From the NCBI RefSeq assembly GCF_964204645.1, contig NC_134026.1, positions 30,166,150-30,230,149 on the forward strand: DNA of 64,000 nucleotides, read 5' to 3'. Below the pieces are notes generated by a model that was given only the letters and a program-made list of their open reading frames with translations, was not told where the DNA came from and did no database searches. Below are positions 1-12,406 of this stretch, in pieces (the stretch's first letter is position 1; every line of letters starts with the position of its first letter). The position numbers and the translations under genes are program-made. This stretch comes from Tubulanus polymorphus. Taxonomy: Eukaryota; Animalia; Nemertea.

Positions 1-2911
1 TGCGCTGACCGGACTCTTAATTTTGATCTGGAGAAATGTAACCATTGGTGTGAAGTTGTTGACAGAGGTTATGACGTCAGATGTACTGAATTGAAGCAAT
101 TATACGAAAGTATTTAAGTCAGTAATATATCGGTGATTTCTTTGACGAGTAATAAACACATAAATCAACCATTATTCGTTCCTTTTTATTTTCTCTGCAA
201 TATCCACCAGCAAATATCGCAAAGAATTCCCGCTATTTCGGTTTCAATCCCAACAATATCTGCAAACTAGAGCTTGTACTAGACACGGAAAATATTTGAC
301 GTAATATTTACAGAAAATTCGCGCTGTGAGACAGAAGCTGATGGACTCCTCCTCATCCAGCGGAATTCACGGGAGACAATGTGGTTCGGTGTTCGGACTC
401 TCATTTTAGGATTTTCGTTGTTTCTGACTGTAACCAGTTTGTTGATGTTTTACGTTTTACTTTATCTAAATATGTTTGGTGATCAACTGTCATACTGATC
501 AATATATGCTCCTCAACAAAAATATTTCGAAAAGATGACAAAATTGTGGATAAAAAGTGCATTCTCGATAAAGGAGAAACAAGTCTGATTTATCACAGAA
601 TAAAGGATAGAGGTATTTAAACAAATTTATATATAAGCATTACAAACTCCATCAATACGCATAATTTGTATATTAAATTTTTCAGTATTAATTGACGGAT
701 GAAACGAAATACATTTGCCAGATCTTGATATATCACATGAACTAAGTAATTGTAAAATACGATTTTATCGCTGTTGATGATAACTGTCTATTGATCTGAG
801 AAGAGATTAAATGAAATTCAACTGTCAAAATAGTCATAAATATCCGTAATCTGCAGGAAACTTGTAAATTGATAAGATTTTATTTTACTGATTATGCTTT
901 CATTATTCGATGAATGATTATGTTGTGTGTACTGATTTCTGCTGGTTGTCAGTAATGTTTTTATGTATCTCGTACAAGGTAGCAGGTGCCATATAGTGCA
1001 TCGTAATTACATAAAAGGATCGAACATTACTTTCATATCATGTTCCTTCAATAGCGTTATGTATACATTATGGTTTTCTTTAGAAAATAGAGAAACTGCA
1101 TCTTCCGGATAAGCTTCTTATCAATGAGCGCATTCTAACTACGTGTTTTTAGCGACGATTGTTTCCTAAAAATCTGATCAGCTCTCTCCCGTAAAACAAT
1201 TCAGAGTACCTTTTATCCATCGAATACCGTGAATTGAAGATAGTCGAGAAGGTTCTAGAGTGTTCCCTCCATTTGATACCGATTTTGCGATTTTGCTTTT
1301 TTGAACACGACAACATATTTTACTTCGAATTATTTTTTCAGTTGTAAGAAAATTACAATTGATTTTGTAGATGTTTTATTCGAATTCCCCTTGTTTAAAA
1401 CCATAAGTCACTGAACAAATGCTTGATGGATCCAAGAATCAGTGTCCATTTATACTACTGCAGGCATTACCCTATCTGAGCTATCTACACTGGATATGAA
1501 TAAATGCACTAAAAATTTATTTCCTGCAACAAAATTGATTTGTGGCTGATATGGAGAAATTTTAGGAATTTTTTAATCAAAAATTCTCGACGCTTAAATC
1601 GTCGAAAGTATCGGTGAGTAAACAATCCGACCGTGAATGGATTTTAAACGGTTCAAGTTGATCTGAAAGGATACATCAAAATGTTGATTAAATGTCGGTA
1701 ACGAGAGCTCGGTTTTTATTTCTAAATCCAGTCGGGATCCATCGATTGTGGTTTGTGAGATCGGTGTCCTCTATCTAATCAGATAAATGCCATTAGATAC
1801 AGACTGTACAGAAGCAGCAGTTCAGGAATAGAAATAAAACAGTCGACAGGAAACTAGAATTATGACCGGTCGCGATCGAACCACCGCGTCTGTCAGCGGG
1901 GCTTTAGTATTATTAGGTAATTATCGAGACCAATAAAATATCAGTTAATGTTCGTTTCGGTAGAGACACTAAACGCACTGAAACGGTATTATTTACTCTT
2001 GAGGACAAACCCGAGTCATAAAATACTCCGACGATACCCTATCCCTTTACCGACGATCGGTTCGTTTTATTATCATCGGCGATGATTGCGAAGATCTGTT
2101 TCGAATAAGTTTTTCCCTGGGAAGAATGACAATGCAGAAAATGACGTTTTAGAGTGTTGTTTGTTGAGTCGTGTCGCCGTAAGGAGAAACTAATCATGTC
2201 AGGAATTCATACACAAATTGCTGCATAAGGTTTAAAACACGGCGTGACAGTGATTCGATGATAAATGACGATGATCCGCGGTAAAGCAACTGATCCTTCG
2301 TTGATTAATTGTATTTGACACATGCGAGTATTTTCTACACTTCAGGAAGACGATCTGAGGTCGGTGGCGAGAATCGTTTATTCGATACGATCATTCATGA
2401 AGAGAACTGGGACCCTCTCTAAGGTAATACAAGGTCAGCGTCTCGACACCGACATTAGTACAAACAGAACTGGACTTGTGCATGGACAGGTAATGATGTG
2501 AAAACCGACCCAGTCGTGCCGAATTAATCTATCATCTCAATGATTTACCTTCGAGACCGCTTCAAATCTAACTTTATATCATAGTAAGAATATACACATA
2601 ATCTGTGAAACAAGGAGATACACGACAGTAACGACACCTCATCCACAAATAATAAACATCGTTTGAATAATATCTATCATTTATTTACATCATATTTACA
2701 ATATAATACAAAACGAATGTCTGACAATATCGAGATATTTCCTTCCATAGGATGAAAATGTTTTACCGATACAAAGTAATAATTCACTTTTTTTCCTAAA
2801 TTCTCTGAGCACAATTTGTTGTCCCCTGAGTAGAGTATTGGTCAGAATGTTTAGTCTGAAGTATGTATGAATATTATCAGCGACGTTTATGAGGATCAAT
2901 AGGAATAAATG

Positions 2912-5180
2912 CTAAGTAGTTTTCTTTTTTAGAATAAATCGTCCTTTTTGTAATTGCGCGACGTAAACTCGTAGTTTTCCGTTATCAGAAGATCGACGTA
3001 CCCAAATCTGAAATGCAAAAAAATCTCAATATTTATACATGTATGCAGATAGGGGGAGGGGGGCTGTGAACGGGGTTGATATAACTCACCTCCTGAGCTC
3101 CAACTGCACTTATAACACCCGGTACTTTACCCATATCTTTAGACTCCACAATAACAGGCTGACCTCGCAAAAACCTACAACATCAAAATATCAAGATTCA
3201 TGAATCGTATTCACTGTTTTTTCTTTACTGGAATTACACTTCACTAAAACTTACCACTTCTTATCGTAATGTAACCGGCCATCTTCGATCCGAGCATCGA
3301 ATGCATTTTCCGGCGTAGGGTTCGACGATGCGTTTCCAGTCGGTTTTTTATTTAAAGGTTTACCGCTAATTTTCTGAATGATTTTTATATCTTCCATGAT
3401 TTCATCCTCGTCCAGCATGTAATTTAACTGAGGTAAACGACACCGTCAAGGAATATTCACAATATTTAAAATTTCCATAATCGAAGCACAAATATGTGTT
3501 TCGAAGATTTTCATTTTTATACAAGTGACTGAAAAAACCCCACAATCAGAAAAAAAACTTTTTAAGTTATAGAGATAATGTTTTTTGACTCAATCCTATC
3601 ATGTCATTTTCGAAAAACTATGAAACTGATTTTGCGCATCTTTCACCAAAGTTTTAATTCGTGTTTTGAAAAGGATATCAGGAGATGCTTTTCTGCGTTT
3701 TTCAGGCATTGGCATCGGATCGTTCGGCCGTCGTCTTAGTTTTCTTGTTGTTACCGGTTTCAACTCCATTGAATCTACGACAAAACAAATCAGTTCAAAT
3801 ACAGCGAAAAATCGGTGAAGTCATTGTAGTTAGCACAAGCATCATTTTGATGTATTATTCACGGGGTGAGTTTCACTTATGAAATTGCAGTGAATAGGAA
3901 ACATCAATTGGGACTAAAAATAGAGACAAAACTTAAACAATGTGATGACATATCTATTGATGATTTAAACAAGTTGACTGTACATTCTGAACTAGAATCT
4001 ACGGAAGCGATAAGGGGCCTCGAGTTGTCGCGTTCCAACTCGACAAGTCGCCATATTTATGTCGACATAACGCGATATATAGCGTCAAGTCGACATGAAT
4101 ATGTCGACATATCGTAACGTTTTCACGACAAATTTCGCTTTTTCGCCCATTTTCCACGGGATAAGCCGTCATTTGAAGACACGTCTAAATGTAAGATGAG
4201 GACGCCAGTAATATGACGACTGAGTTTCAAGTCGTCATGAATATGTCGACTTGTCGCGAGGAAAATGGTCGTGAAAACGAAATATGTCCTCAAAACGTCG
4301 CGATATATCGACATATTCATGTCGACTTGATGCGTTATATCGCGATATATCGACATAAATATGACGACTTGCCGAGTTGGAACGCGACATCTCGAGGCCC
4401 CCTATCACTTCCGTAAGAATCAAATTTTAAGATTTACCTCCAGTCATCTCCATGCCTAGTTTTTCGGTATCAATATTGCGTTTCTTTTCTTCTAATTCAT
4501 AAATAAGATTTTCCTTTAAATCTATGACACGCTCTTCGAATTCTTGAATCGAATATCTTTGTTCGTTGTGGTATTCCCTTTCAGCGGATTCCATCTAAAC
4601 CGATTCAAAATTCAATTATTATTCAGAATTCCTACAATTTATAGCCATCCAATGAACACACGAGTTAAACAAACCTCGTATTGGTGCCATATTTCATTAA
4701 CCCTCAGTCGTTCTTTGTATTGTTGATCAATTTTTTTCAATCTTTTTAAATATTCAGGTAAAGTTCCCTCTTTCAATTGTTGTAGCTGTTTTTTCAACTG
4801 CGCTAATTTATCCTGATACATTCTATATGAAACAGAATTTGTAAGAATGAACGATGGGAAAATAATACGCAGTAAGGAGACTGAGTTAATTACATACTGT
4901 TCTTTGATTTCAGTGAATTCTTCTTCTTTTTTTATCATATCAGTTTCACTGGCATCTTCAGTATCTAAAATAATGGTTTTAAAAACCTCTAGATATAGTT
5001 ATTCAAATCTCTCTATCAAGAAGCACTGATGTCTGATCGATCGATCGATTGATTACCTTCATCAGAAGCTGGACCATCATCGCCGTCTAAACTATCATTA
5101 TCATCAAATTCATATTCCTTATACGCAGCAGCGCGAGCTTTAGACGATAGAATACTGCCATAACTTCCTAACTGTGCCAT
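2912..5180 (-). CDS. SUDS3: Sin3 histone deacetylase corepressor complex component SDS3 (multi-exon)
   Basis: Exons approx. 5180-5057, 4964-4898, ~4822-4675, ~4594-4437, ~3774-3679, 3432-3255, 3174-3090, 3007-2912. They translate to [57 protein letters not shown] and [27 protein letters not shown], all Sds3-family motifs; TAG stop at 2914-2912. Confidence 0.92.
3433..3678 (-). other. U12-type (minor spliceosome) AT-AC intron in SUDS3
   Basis: Minus strand: 5' splice site ATATCCTTTT at 3678, branch point TTCCTTGAC at 3453-3445, terminal AC at 3434-3433. Splicing restores the conserved SP-A-QLNY frame. Confidence 0.9.
4000..4415. mobile_element. Non-autonomous TIR element (MITE), IS3EU-like, copy 1 (in SUDS3 intron)
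   Basis: Long imperfect TIRs TACGGAAG...CTTCCGTA; 6-bp direct repeat AGAATC at 3994-3999 and 4416-4421; near-identical copy at 31832-32251. Confidence 0.85.
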
Positions 5181-5794
5181 CTTTCAACACCTAAAATAAT
5201 GAAAACGCTATATAATCCGAGAGAAAATCCATCACAGCAAACGTAAAATAGCTACACCCAATTCGCTTCTGAAGACAGGCCGATTTTCTGTCGTAATTAA
5301 CGAATTCTCAATCACACAATTTCAATCAGAGTAGTTTCGCATAAAGTACAAAATAGGTGTGAAGTTAAATCAGAGATTTGAAACTCGGAATAATGTGAAA
5401 TATGAAGAAATAAGCCAATTTTCAAACCTGGTTGTTGACAATGACAGCGACCTCTTCCGGGATTCTGTCACTATAACGCGGTATTGGACTCAATACTCGA
5501 CGATGTATTGCGCAATGACCGTGTCACATGAACAACACATGACTTCGTTGTATCAGAAAAATAGAAAATACTTACTACTGATAAACTGAGTAAATATCAC
5601 CTGCTTGGACGCAATCTAGCTTCAATAAATATTCATATAATCATATGAGCTTGTGTCTTCCAGCCACACTTTGTGATTTGCTGTACACGCTATATACGAC
5701 ACATTTTCTACCGAGAATAGTTGTGACAGGAATAACCCTAGTAATAATAAATATTTCGGATTTTGATATTTTTGTAACTTTTAAGCATTTTTAG
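5181..5794. promoter_or_regulatory. Putative bidirectional promoter/5'UTR region between SUDS3 and GILT
   Basis: Head-to-head start codons ~610 bp apart; ETS-like CTTCCGG near 5454. Confidence 0.45.
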
Positions 5795-7377
5795 ATGATG
5801 TCACGCATTTATTTTGGAATCTATGCGTTGTTCGGTTTCATAAGCCTTGCTCAATGCTGTGATCATCCGCCTTCTTTGTGGTGTTCATCGGAAAATATTG
5901 CCCGTCAATGTCAGGTTTGTTGTCGTCGATCTTACATTAGTTTCTTCCCGCCCGTGGTTAATCGAGATCATATATCTTCATTATTAATTTTTTGCAGGTT
6001 GAAGAACAGTGCAGAAAATGGAAGTTCTACGCTGGGCGAGTTGAACCAGTTCAATTTACGTTGTACTTCGAATCGTTGTGTCCCGACTGTAAACAGTTTG
6101 TTACAAATCAGTTATACCCGACTTGGATGGAAATAGGTGAAATAATGAATCTAACTTTGATTCCTTACGGAAATGCTGAGGTAATTTGTTAATCCTGAAC
6201 AAATTCGAATCGTAGCTTAAAGATAGAATTTCGTTCTTTTTATAATTGATAATGAAATTCTTTTTTATTAGGAAAGAAAAGCTGGTAATAATTGGGTTTT
6301 TGATTGTCAACACGGTAAATTAGAATGTTATGGTAACATAGTGGAGGTAAGGACAATCATGTGATATGAAAAAGAGAGATTAATCATGTCATTGTCATTG
6401 TTACTCTGTAAAAATCGGATTTTTGTGAATACAGTATTTCTATTATGATTGCAGACTTGTGCTATTTATTTACTGAAAAATATCAAAGTTTATTTCCCGT
6501 TAATTCACTGCATTGAACAGTCACAGTCAACAGACATAGAAACTGTGATTAAACAGGTAAATTATTATCAAATTATTATCTGGTTATGTAATTCATCATC
6601 TTTCTATAGTAAACTTGAAAACTGGTAAATAGTCATTTACCTGAATAAGCTACCATGCACTAGTAATAGTAAGCATGTATTTTAAATGAAATCCATTTAA
6701 CCTTCAAAGTAAGTGTACCAGTCTTCACATGGTTTGGCATCGGTTAACATGAAAACTTCTACCGTAATTTGTAGGTTAATTTAATTTTGTCAGACATATG
6801 AGCTTTTGCTTCTAGTGCATAGTGTATGTAGCTTCATCGGGTAAACGACCATTTACCTAATGAAGACAGTATGCACTTCATTGCTATACAGCTTCTCTCC
6901 AACTTATCTTTTCATAGTGTGCATCAACACATCATGTAGACTACAATTCACTGTTGAAATGTGCAAATTCATCCATTGGAAATCATCTAGAACATGAAAT
7001 GGCTTTGAAAACGGATGCCTTGAATCCGCCACATACATTTGTACCTTGGGTTACACTGAATGGGGTATGTAAAGTATATACATCATACATTCTATCTGTT
7101 AAAAAAGTTTCATGTTTTCATATCGCTTTATCTATTCGTTTCAGGTTCATACTGATGAGATCCAGAAAAAAGCTGAAACCAATCTGTTGGAATTAATATG
7201 TGATAGTTACAAGGTAATCAAATGATATGACTGTATTTGTTAAGAAAAACAACTTAGTTTTGAACTTATATTTTCGAACCAATGACTAATTCTGAATTTG
7301 GTTTTTCCTTGCAGGGACCTAAACCAAACGCTTGTACAAAACATATCTATAAAAAATGTTTGAGACCACAGAAATAA
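5795..7377 (+). CDS. IFI30: Gamma-interferon-inducible lysosomal thiol reductase (GILT) with N-terminal saposin A-type module
   Basis: Signal peptide, SapA-like CDHPPSLWCSSENIARQCQVEEQC, active site YFESLCPDC, GILT signature CQHGKLECYGN..ETC and HTFVPWVTLNG; ~7 coding exons with GT-AG; TAA at 7375-7377; AATAAA downstream. Confidence 0.93.
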
Positions 7378-7847
7378 TTCCTACGACGAGTGATTTATTC
7401 ATATTTAGTTGATGATTTTGATGAATATAAACCATACTTAATAAAATAATGATGTCATAATATTTCTTGTATTTATTTATAAGCTTTAATATTTAATGCG
7501 TCTGATTGTGAATCATGATGAAATTATTTCCATCCACATCTGTATTTAATGAACAGCTGACATGTTGTGTACTGTAATAAGATAAACCTAAATGTAATAC
7601 GTAAGTTATGTGTGTGATTATTCTAGGTACATGTATGAAACTTCATGATAAAAAGAAGTGACTTTTGAATTTGTGTGGTTTGAATTTAATTCATTTTGAA
7701 TCATTGGCTGATGATGCAACTTGCGAGACCATTCTCTTCAGAGGTGACCGTGATCCTGGCATTTGAAAAAGAATAGCTGATAGATGATGGTTCCTGTGTA
7801 TTGGATAATGAATCTTCTTGAACAACAGTCATTGTTTGTATATTCCT

Positions 7848-8356
7848 GGAATCTACCCCCAGCGAGACACTGTCTGGTGAACTCAACATCCAAGTGTTGC
7901 GGAATCTACCTCCAGTGAGACACTGTCTGGTGAACTCAACATCCAAGTGTTGCAGAATCTACCTCCAGCGAGACACTGTCTGGTGAACTCAACATCCAAG
8001 TGTTGCAGAATCAACCTCCAGTGACACACTGTCTGGTGAACTCGACATCCAAGTGTTGCGGAATCTACCCCCAGTGAGACACTGTCTGGTGAACTCAACA
8101 TCCAAGTGTTGCAGAATCTACCCCCAGTGAGACACTGTCTGGTGAACTCGACATCCAAGTGTTGCAGAATCTACCTCCAGCGAGACACTGTCTGGTGAAC
8201 TCAACATCCAAGTGTTGCAGAATCTACCTCCAGTGAGACACTGTCTGGTGAACTCAACATCCAAGTGTTGCAGAATCTACCTCCAGTGAGACACTGTCTG
8301 GTGAACTCAACATCCAAGTGTTGCAGAATCTACCCCCAGTGAGACACTGCCTGGAG
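7848..8356. repeat. 53-bp tandem repeat (minisatellite), ~9.5 copies
   Basis: Unit GAATCTACCYCCAGYGAGACACTGTCTGGTGAACTCAACATCCAAGTGTTGCR recurs every 53 nt (e.g. TGTCTGG at 7871, 7924, 7977); no spacers. Confidence 0.95.
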
Positions 8357-9979
8357 AACCATCTTTCATTTATCCCCTCTCCCCTTCCCCACCTCAATTC
8401 ATCCCCTTTACCCAACCCAAACTTCTCATGTACCCTTGTCTTTTATCATCTGCCACATGTCTTCAATCCTATCAATTACAGCCACCTTTTAATTTCTTCT
8501 AAACCTAACATAAATAAGTACTAATTATCCTTTAACCTAACTGAACCTTTACAGTTAAAAGGTGGTTGTTATAGATAGTTATTTTGGACAATAGGCTTGT
8601 CATGACTTCATTGTCAATCAACCCGAACTTGCGGGACCAGAAAATCTGTTCGTTATAACCATACGGTACGCAGTTCGTTATATCCAGTATGGAATTAATT
8701 AGATTTTCTTACTTGGGACAAAATTCTATATTTGTTAAAATCCGATGAATCGTTGTATCAGAGTTTGTTTGTATTCGTATAAATGTTACATGCGTGTTAT
8801 TTGTAGCAATCACTGATGCTGTTGATTCTTGTATCAATTTCGAATGTTCATGAATAAATATATGTATTATCGTGTTAGTGTTTGTTTATCGTGGGATCCA
8901 ATGATTATCACAGCCATCAACCGCGTGTGTCGAAAATACTATCATCCCTGGACCCATTCGTTTGAATAAAGCGCAAAGATCTAAAACGTTTTACAGTTTT
9001 GCGTTTAATCCGACACCCGGATCTGACGGAAAATTACCGGTATGTAATATATATTATATTACGATTTTAGCCGTCAAGTGCTGCCTCTAAAGATATCGTT
9101 GACGGCGAATATGTGAACTAACTTATTACTCGCGCACCACAGAAAGAATATTCTGCTTTTGGGTTGGTTCACGTGTTCACCGTTATTCTCGTATATAGGG
9201 GCAGCACCTGACAGTCAAAGATTAGTCTCAAAAGGGCACACCGCGCTCTCACCTACCACACCCCTTCACCCTGATCACAAAACCTGATCTGAAATTCTGA
9301 TCTGAGAAGTCCTTACTAGCAACCCTGTGAGGATTTCTTTCATTAGTCAGTTTATTTTAGTTCAACAGTAGTAGTTCGCAATGTTTACGCAAAATTACCC
9401 AAACTCTCGATTTGAATCTGGGTCCTCAAGGATTCATGCCTTGTGTGCTTTCGCTAGACCAAGGGTTGCCATTGTGGTGACCAGTCAGTGTGAGGTGGAC
9501 TACTTTATCATTCCCTGATCTTACTGAATTACTTATCAGACCCATGTCAGAGGTTCTTCAATATGATCTTTTTTTATCAAGAAAGCATATTTTACAAAGG
9601 AAAATAGGAGGAGTTGATAAACTCTGCATGATTTACTGTGACTCTTATCATAGCTGTGTAATCAGAACTCTGTGTCACCGATCCAACTTTTGGGATATCG
9701 CAACGAATTACGAATAGAAACAGACATAATAATTCGTTCGTTTGATATCATTGTATTCCACTATATTCTCAATCAATATACATACAATAATTCTTCATCT
9801 TACACTACAAAATAATCATGTTCACTAGAATAAGGAAATGTAAGGATTCCATCACCAGAATACATATGTACGGATTAGTCTTGGTTACGTAGGGTAATGA
9901 ATAGTGAGTCTGAATACCAGTCGTTGATACGATGGAACAACGGCACTAGACTAGAGATAATAGATTTAACGTGATTAAT

Positions 9980-12406
9980 CTAAGAATGGAAATGTTTCAT
10001 CTGTTGATGAAAATCCCGAACTGCGCCCCGTACATGCGCGTATTGAGATTTCTTAGAGATAGCGTCTGATCCTGTCGGTCGAAGCAGTTTAAATAAACCC
10101 GGTAAAGCCGAGGCTAACACGAGTCCCGATACCTGGGTTATCATCGATAACTTGTAGACCAAACTATAAGCATTTATTATTGTCACAGCGATATACAGAA
10201 ATAGAAATATGATGCTCATTTTTGTCACGGTTAGTAAAATCTCTTGGCGCAACGGCCGAACATTAGAAACGACGAAATCAAACAAATCTCGAGAAATTGC
10301 CGGAACAGAATGTCGATAGATTAGACACGTTTTACAGTAAACCTCTTTACAAGAATTATCATCAACCGCTTCGATTCCGCGATCTGTGGGTGAAAATAAA
10401 ACACCGTTTAAAATCACTTTAGTTGTTGGCTCTGATTTTCCTGGTTCTACATTCATTACTAGAACTTCCGGGGCGTATTGCATTCCCGAATTAGGCGACT
10501 GTAATACGCTGTTAGCCACGTGTTCGTGCTCGGTCGATTTCAGAACATCCAGGAAGAGATAATTATAAGAATTTGCTAAACCCATTAGAGAGTTTGATAG
10601 ATATGCTATGGTGGTTGTGATGATGATCGTGTAACCTATAAGATCCTGACTGTTAATGAGCAACCCCCCGAAGACATAAACAAAAATCTCGCTAGCTATG
10701 GTAACTGTATGCATGAATATTACAGTATAGGCGGTTATGATGTAGGAGATAAGAAAAACCACCACGATTATGATTAAAATTCGCAGAGGGATATAGACCA
10801 ATCTTCGCTGTCTGGCGAGGAAGTGTTGATTGTGGAAATAGTATATGTACGATTTCTGGACAAAGAAAATAAACGAAATACCCGGAGCCAAATGGAAAAT
10901 TAATGTGAAAGCTCCTTCGATCATGGCAACCAAAATCATGATGAAACAAAGTAGAAAAAACACTAGGTTCATTAAGCCAATTTGCAATATTGTTGTTGGT
11001 TTGTATCTTTCAGTGAGGTTAGTTGAACACCTCGATGCCCGCGACCACCAGATCTTAACGAAATGTATCCAAAATTCATAGTTTAGTACCATGATTGCCT
11101 TTGCTCTTAGATAATGCGACAGTTTTTCGAAACCAAAAGTCTTATATTTGAACATATCGGATCCGTATTTTGCGACATCTTTTGCAGCAGGAAACACGAA
11201 AGTGTACGTATTTTCTGGAAAAACGAGGTGATCAACAAGTAGATCCGACAGACTGCGAGGTACACACAATATTATTGAACATCCAATGATGAAATTAGCG
11301 AAAAGAATATGCGGCCCTCCTCCAAAGCCCCACCAGTTGTGATACGCTGGTACAAAATCGAATAGAACAGCGTATGGTCCTACTGGGATGTCTGCATCCA
11401 GTAAGTCGGACAAAATATCGAATCCCAAACTATCGTAACGGTATATAATATAGTATAATAACATAGGAGATAAAATGACACATGCAATTCTTCTCAGTCT
11501 GGATATGGTAATAGAACATACATCAAATAGTAACACAGACCGTATCACAAAACCTAACCCTAATTGTGCATTGCTGTCCAAATACATCCAATCTTGAAGA
11601 TCGAGATCGTTGAAATCATCGCTGAGTTGTTGTAGGTCGCACTGAACGAATTCATGCAGATTTCGGTCACCCGGTTTGGTCATCATTAGATTTCCCTTCG
11701 GAGGTTCTTTCCTTTGTTCGGGTATCAGAGAAACTGTTAACGGTAGAAATAGAAACAATAGCAGGCCAACGATCTTACTCAAATTAAGGTAATCGGTTTG
11801 CTTGACGAACTCGTCGCAGCGAACGACTCGCTGGTAGTTCAATTCACAACAGCGATATTCCGTGTAATCCTGACTTATACCAAAACTGTGATAGATCCTG
11901 TTAGGAAATCCAGATATAGGATTCTTCACAGTTAAACAGAAGTAATTATTCGAGTATTTTGTTTTATTCAGTAATTGTGCGAGGCTGGTTGCAACTGATA
12001 ACATGAACTGCGATTGATTTAGATTGTTTAAACATTCACCCGTTCGTTCATTAATCGCCAAATTTAGACTGACTTTCTTGTATGGGATCGTACCAAACGA
12101 AACGATAAATGAATCCCACGGATATCTCAATGTCGGATATCCAGATTCCTTCTCATTTCCAAACGTCCATTGCCAACGCGTTGGGTTGATGAATGGCTTT
12201 TTATCAGTCTTCGAAATTTTGATCCTGCGCGCGCTTTCCAGTTTCAAGTACGCCACTGTCACTGTTTTATTGGTAAACTTTGAAATCGCATCGGGAGAAA
12301 CATTGAAGCGACACTGAACATCCTCCTCAATTTCGCGAGTATAAATATCCCGAATGGAGGCGAGGAGGGTAAGAACTAGTAAGATACGAGCCGACATCTT
12401 CTTCAT
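9980..12406 (-). CDS. Uncharacterized 808-aa multipass membrane protein with signal peptide (single coding exon)
   Basis: 2.4-kb uninterrupted ORF; hydrophobic N-terminal signal, Cys-containing ~200-aa ectodomain, then many hydrophobic segments; splice acceptor just upstream (~12432) suggests 5'UTR exons. Confidence 0.85.
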   Translation of the reverse strand: MKKMSARILLVLTLLASIRDIYTREIEEDVQCRFNVSPDAISKFTNKTVTVAYLKLESARRIKISKTDKKPFINPTRWQWTFGNEKESGYPTLRYPWDSFIVSFGTIPYKKVSLNLAINERTGECLNNLNQSQFMLSVATSLAQLLNKTKYSNNYFCLTVKNPISGFPNRIYHSFGISQDYTEYRCCELNYQRVVRCDEFVKQTDYLNLSKIVGLLLFLFLPLTVSLIPEQRKEPPKGNLMMTKPGDRNLHEFVQCDLQQLSDDFNDLDLQDWMYLDSNAQLGLGFVIRSVLLFDVCSITISRLRRIACVILSPMLLYYIIYRYDSLGFDILSDLLDADIPVGPYAVLFDFVPAYHNWWGFGGGPHILFANFIIGCSIILCVPRSLSDLLVDHLVFPENTYTFVFPAAKDVAKYGSDMFKYKTFGFEKLSHYLRAKAIMVLNYEFWIHFVKIWWSRASRCSTNLTERYKPTTILQIGLMNLVFFLLCFIMILVAMIEGAFTLIFHLAPGISFIFFVQKSYIYYFHNQHFLARQRRLVYIPLRILIIIVVVFLISYIITAYTVIFMHTVTIASEIFVYVFGGLLINSQDLIGYTIIITTTIAYLSNSLMGLANSYNYLFLDVLKSTEHEHVANSVLQSPNSGMQYAPEVLVMNVEPGKSEPTTKVILNGVLFSPTDRGIEAVDDNSCKEVYCKTCLIYRHSVPAISRDLFDFVVSNVRPLRQEILLTVTKMSIIFLFLYIAVTIINAYSLVYKLSMITQVSGLVLASALPGLFKLLRPTGSDAISKKSQYAHVRGAVRDFHQQMKHFHS

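Noticed and set aside
1-2900. Possible coding exons at the window start
   Set aside because: No recognisable protein motif or consistent exon chain; likely UTR or intergenic.
3866-4423. Several overlapping short ORFs on both strands
   Set aside because: They fall within the palindromic MITE; the same peptides recur at 32079.
7701-8524. ORFs of 81, 91 and 68 aa, and a CRISPR-like appearance of the repeat
   Set aside because: They are translations of a contiguous 53-bp tandem repeat with no unique spacers and no cas genes; the locus is eukaryotic.
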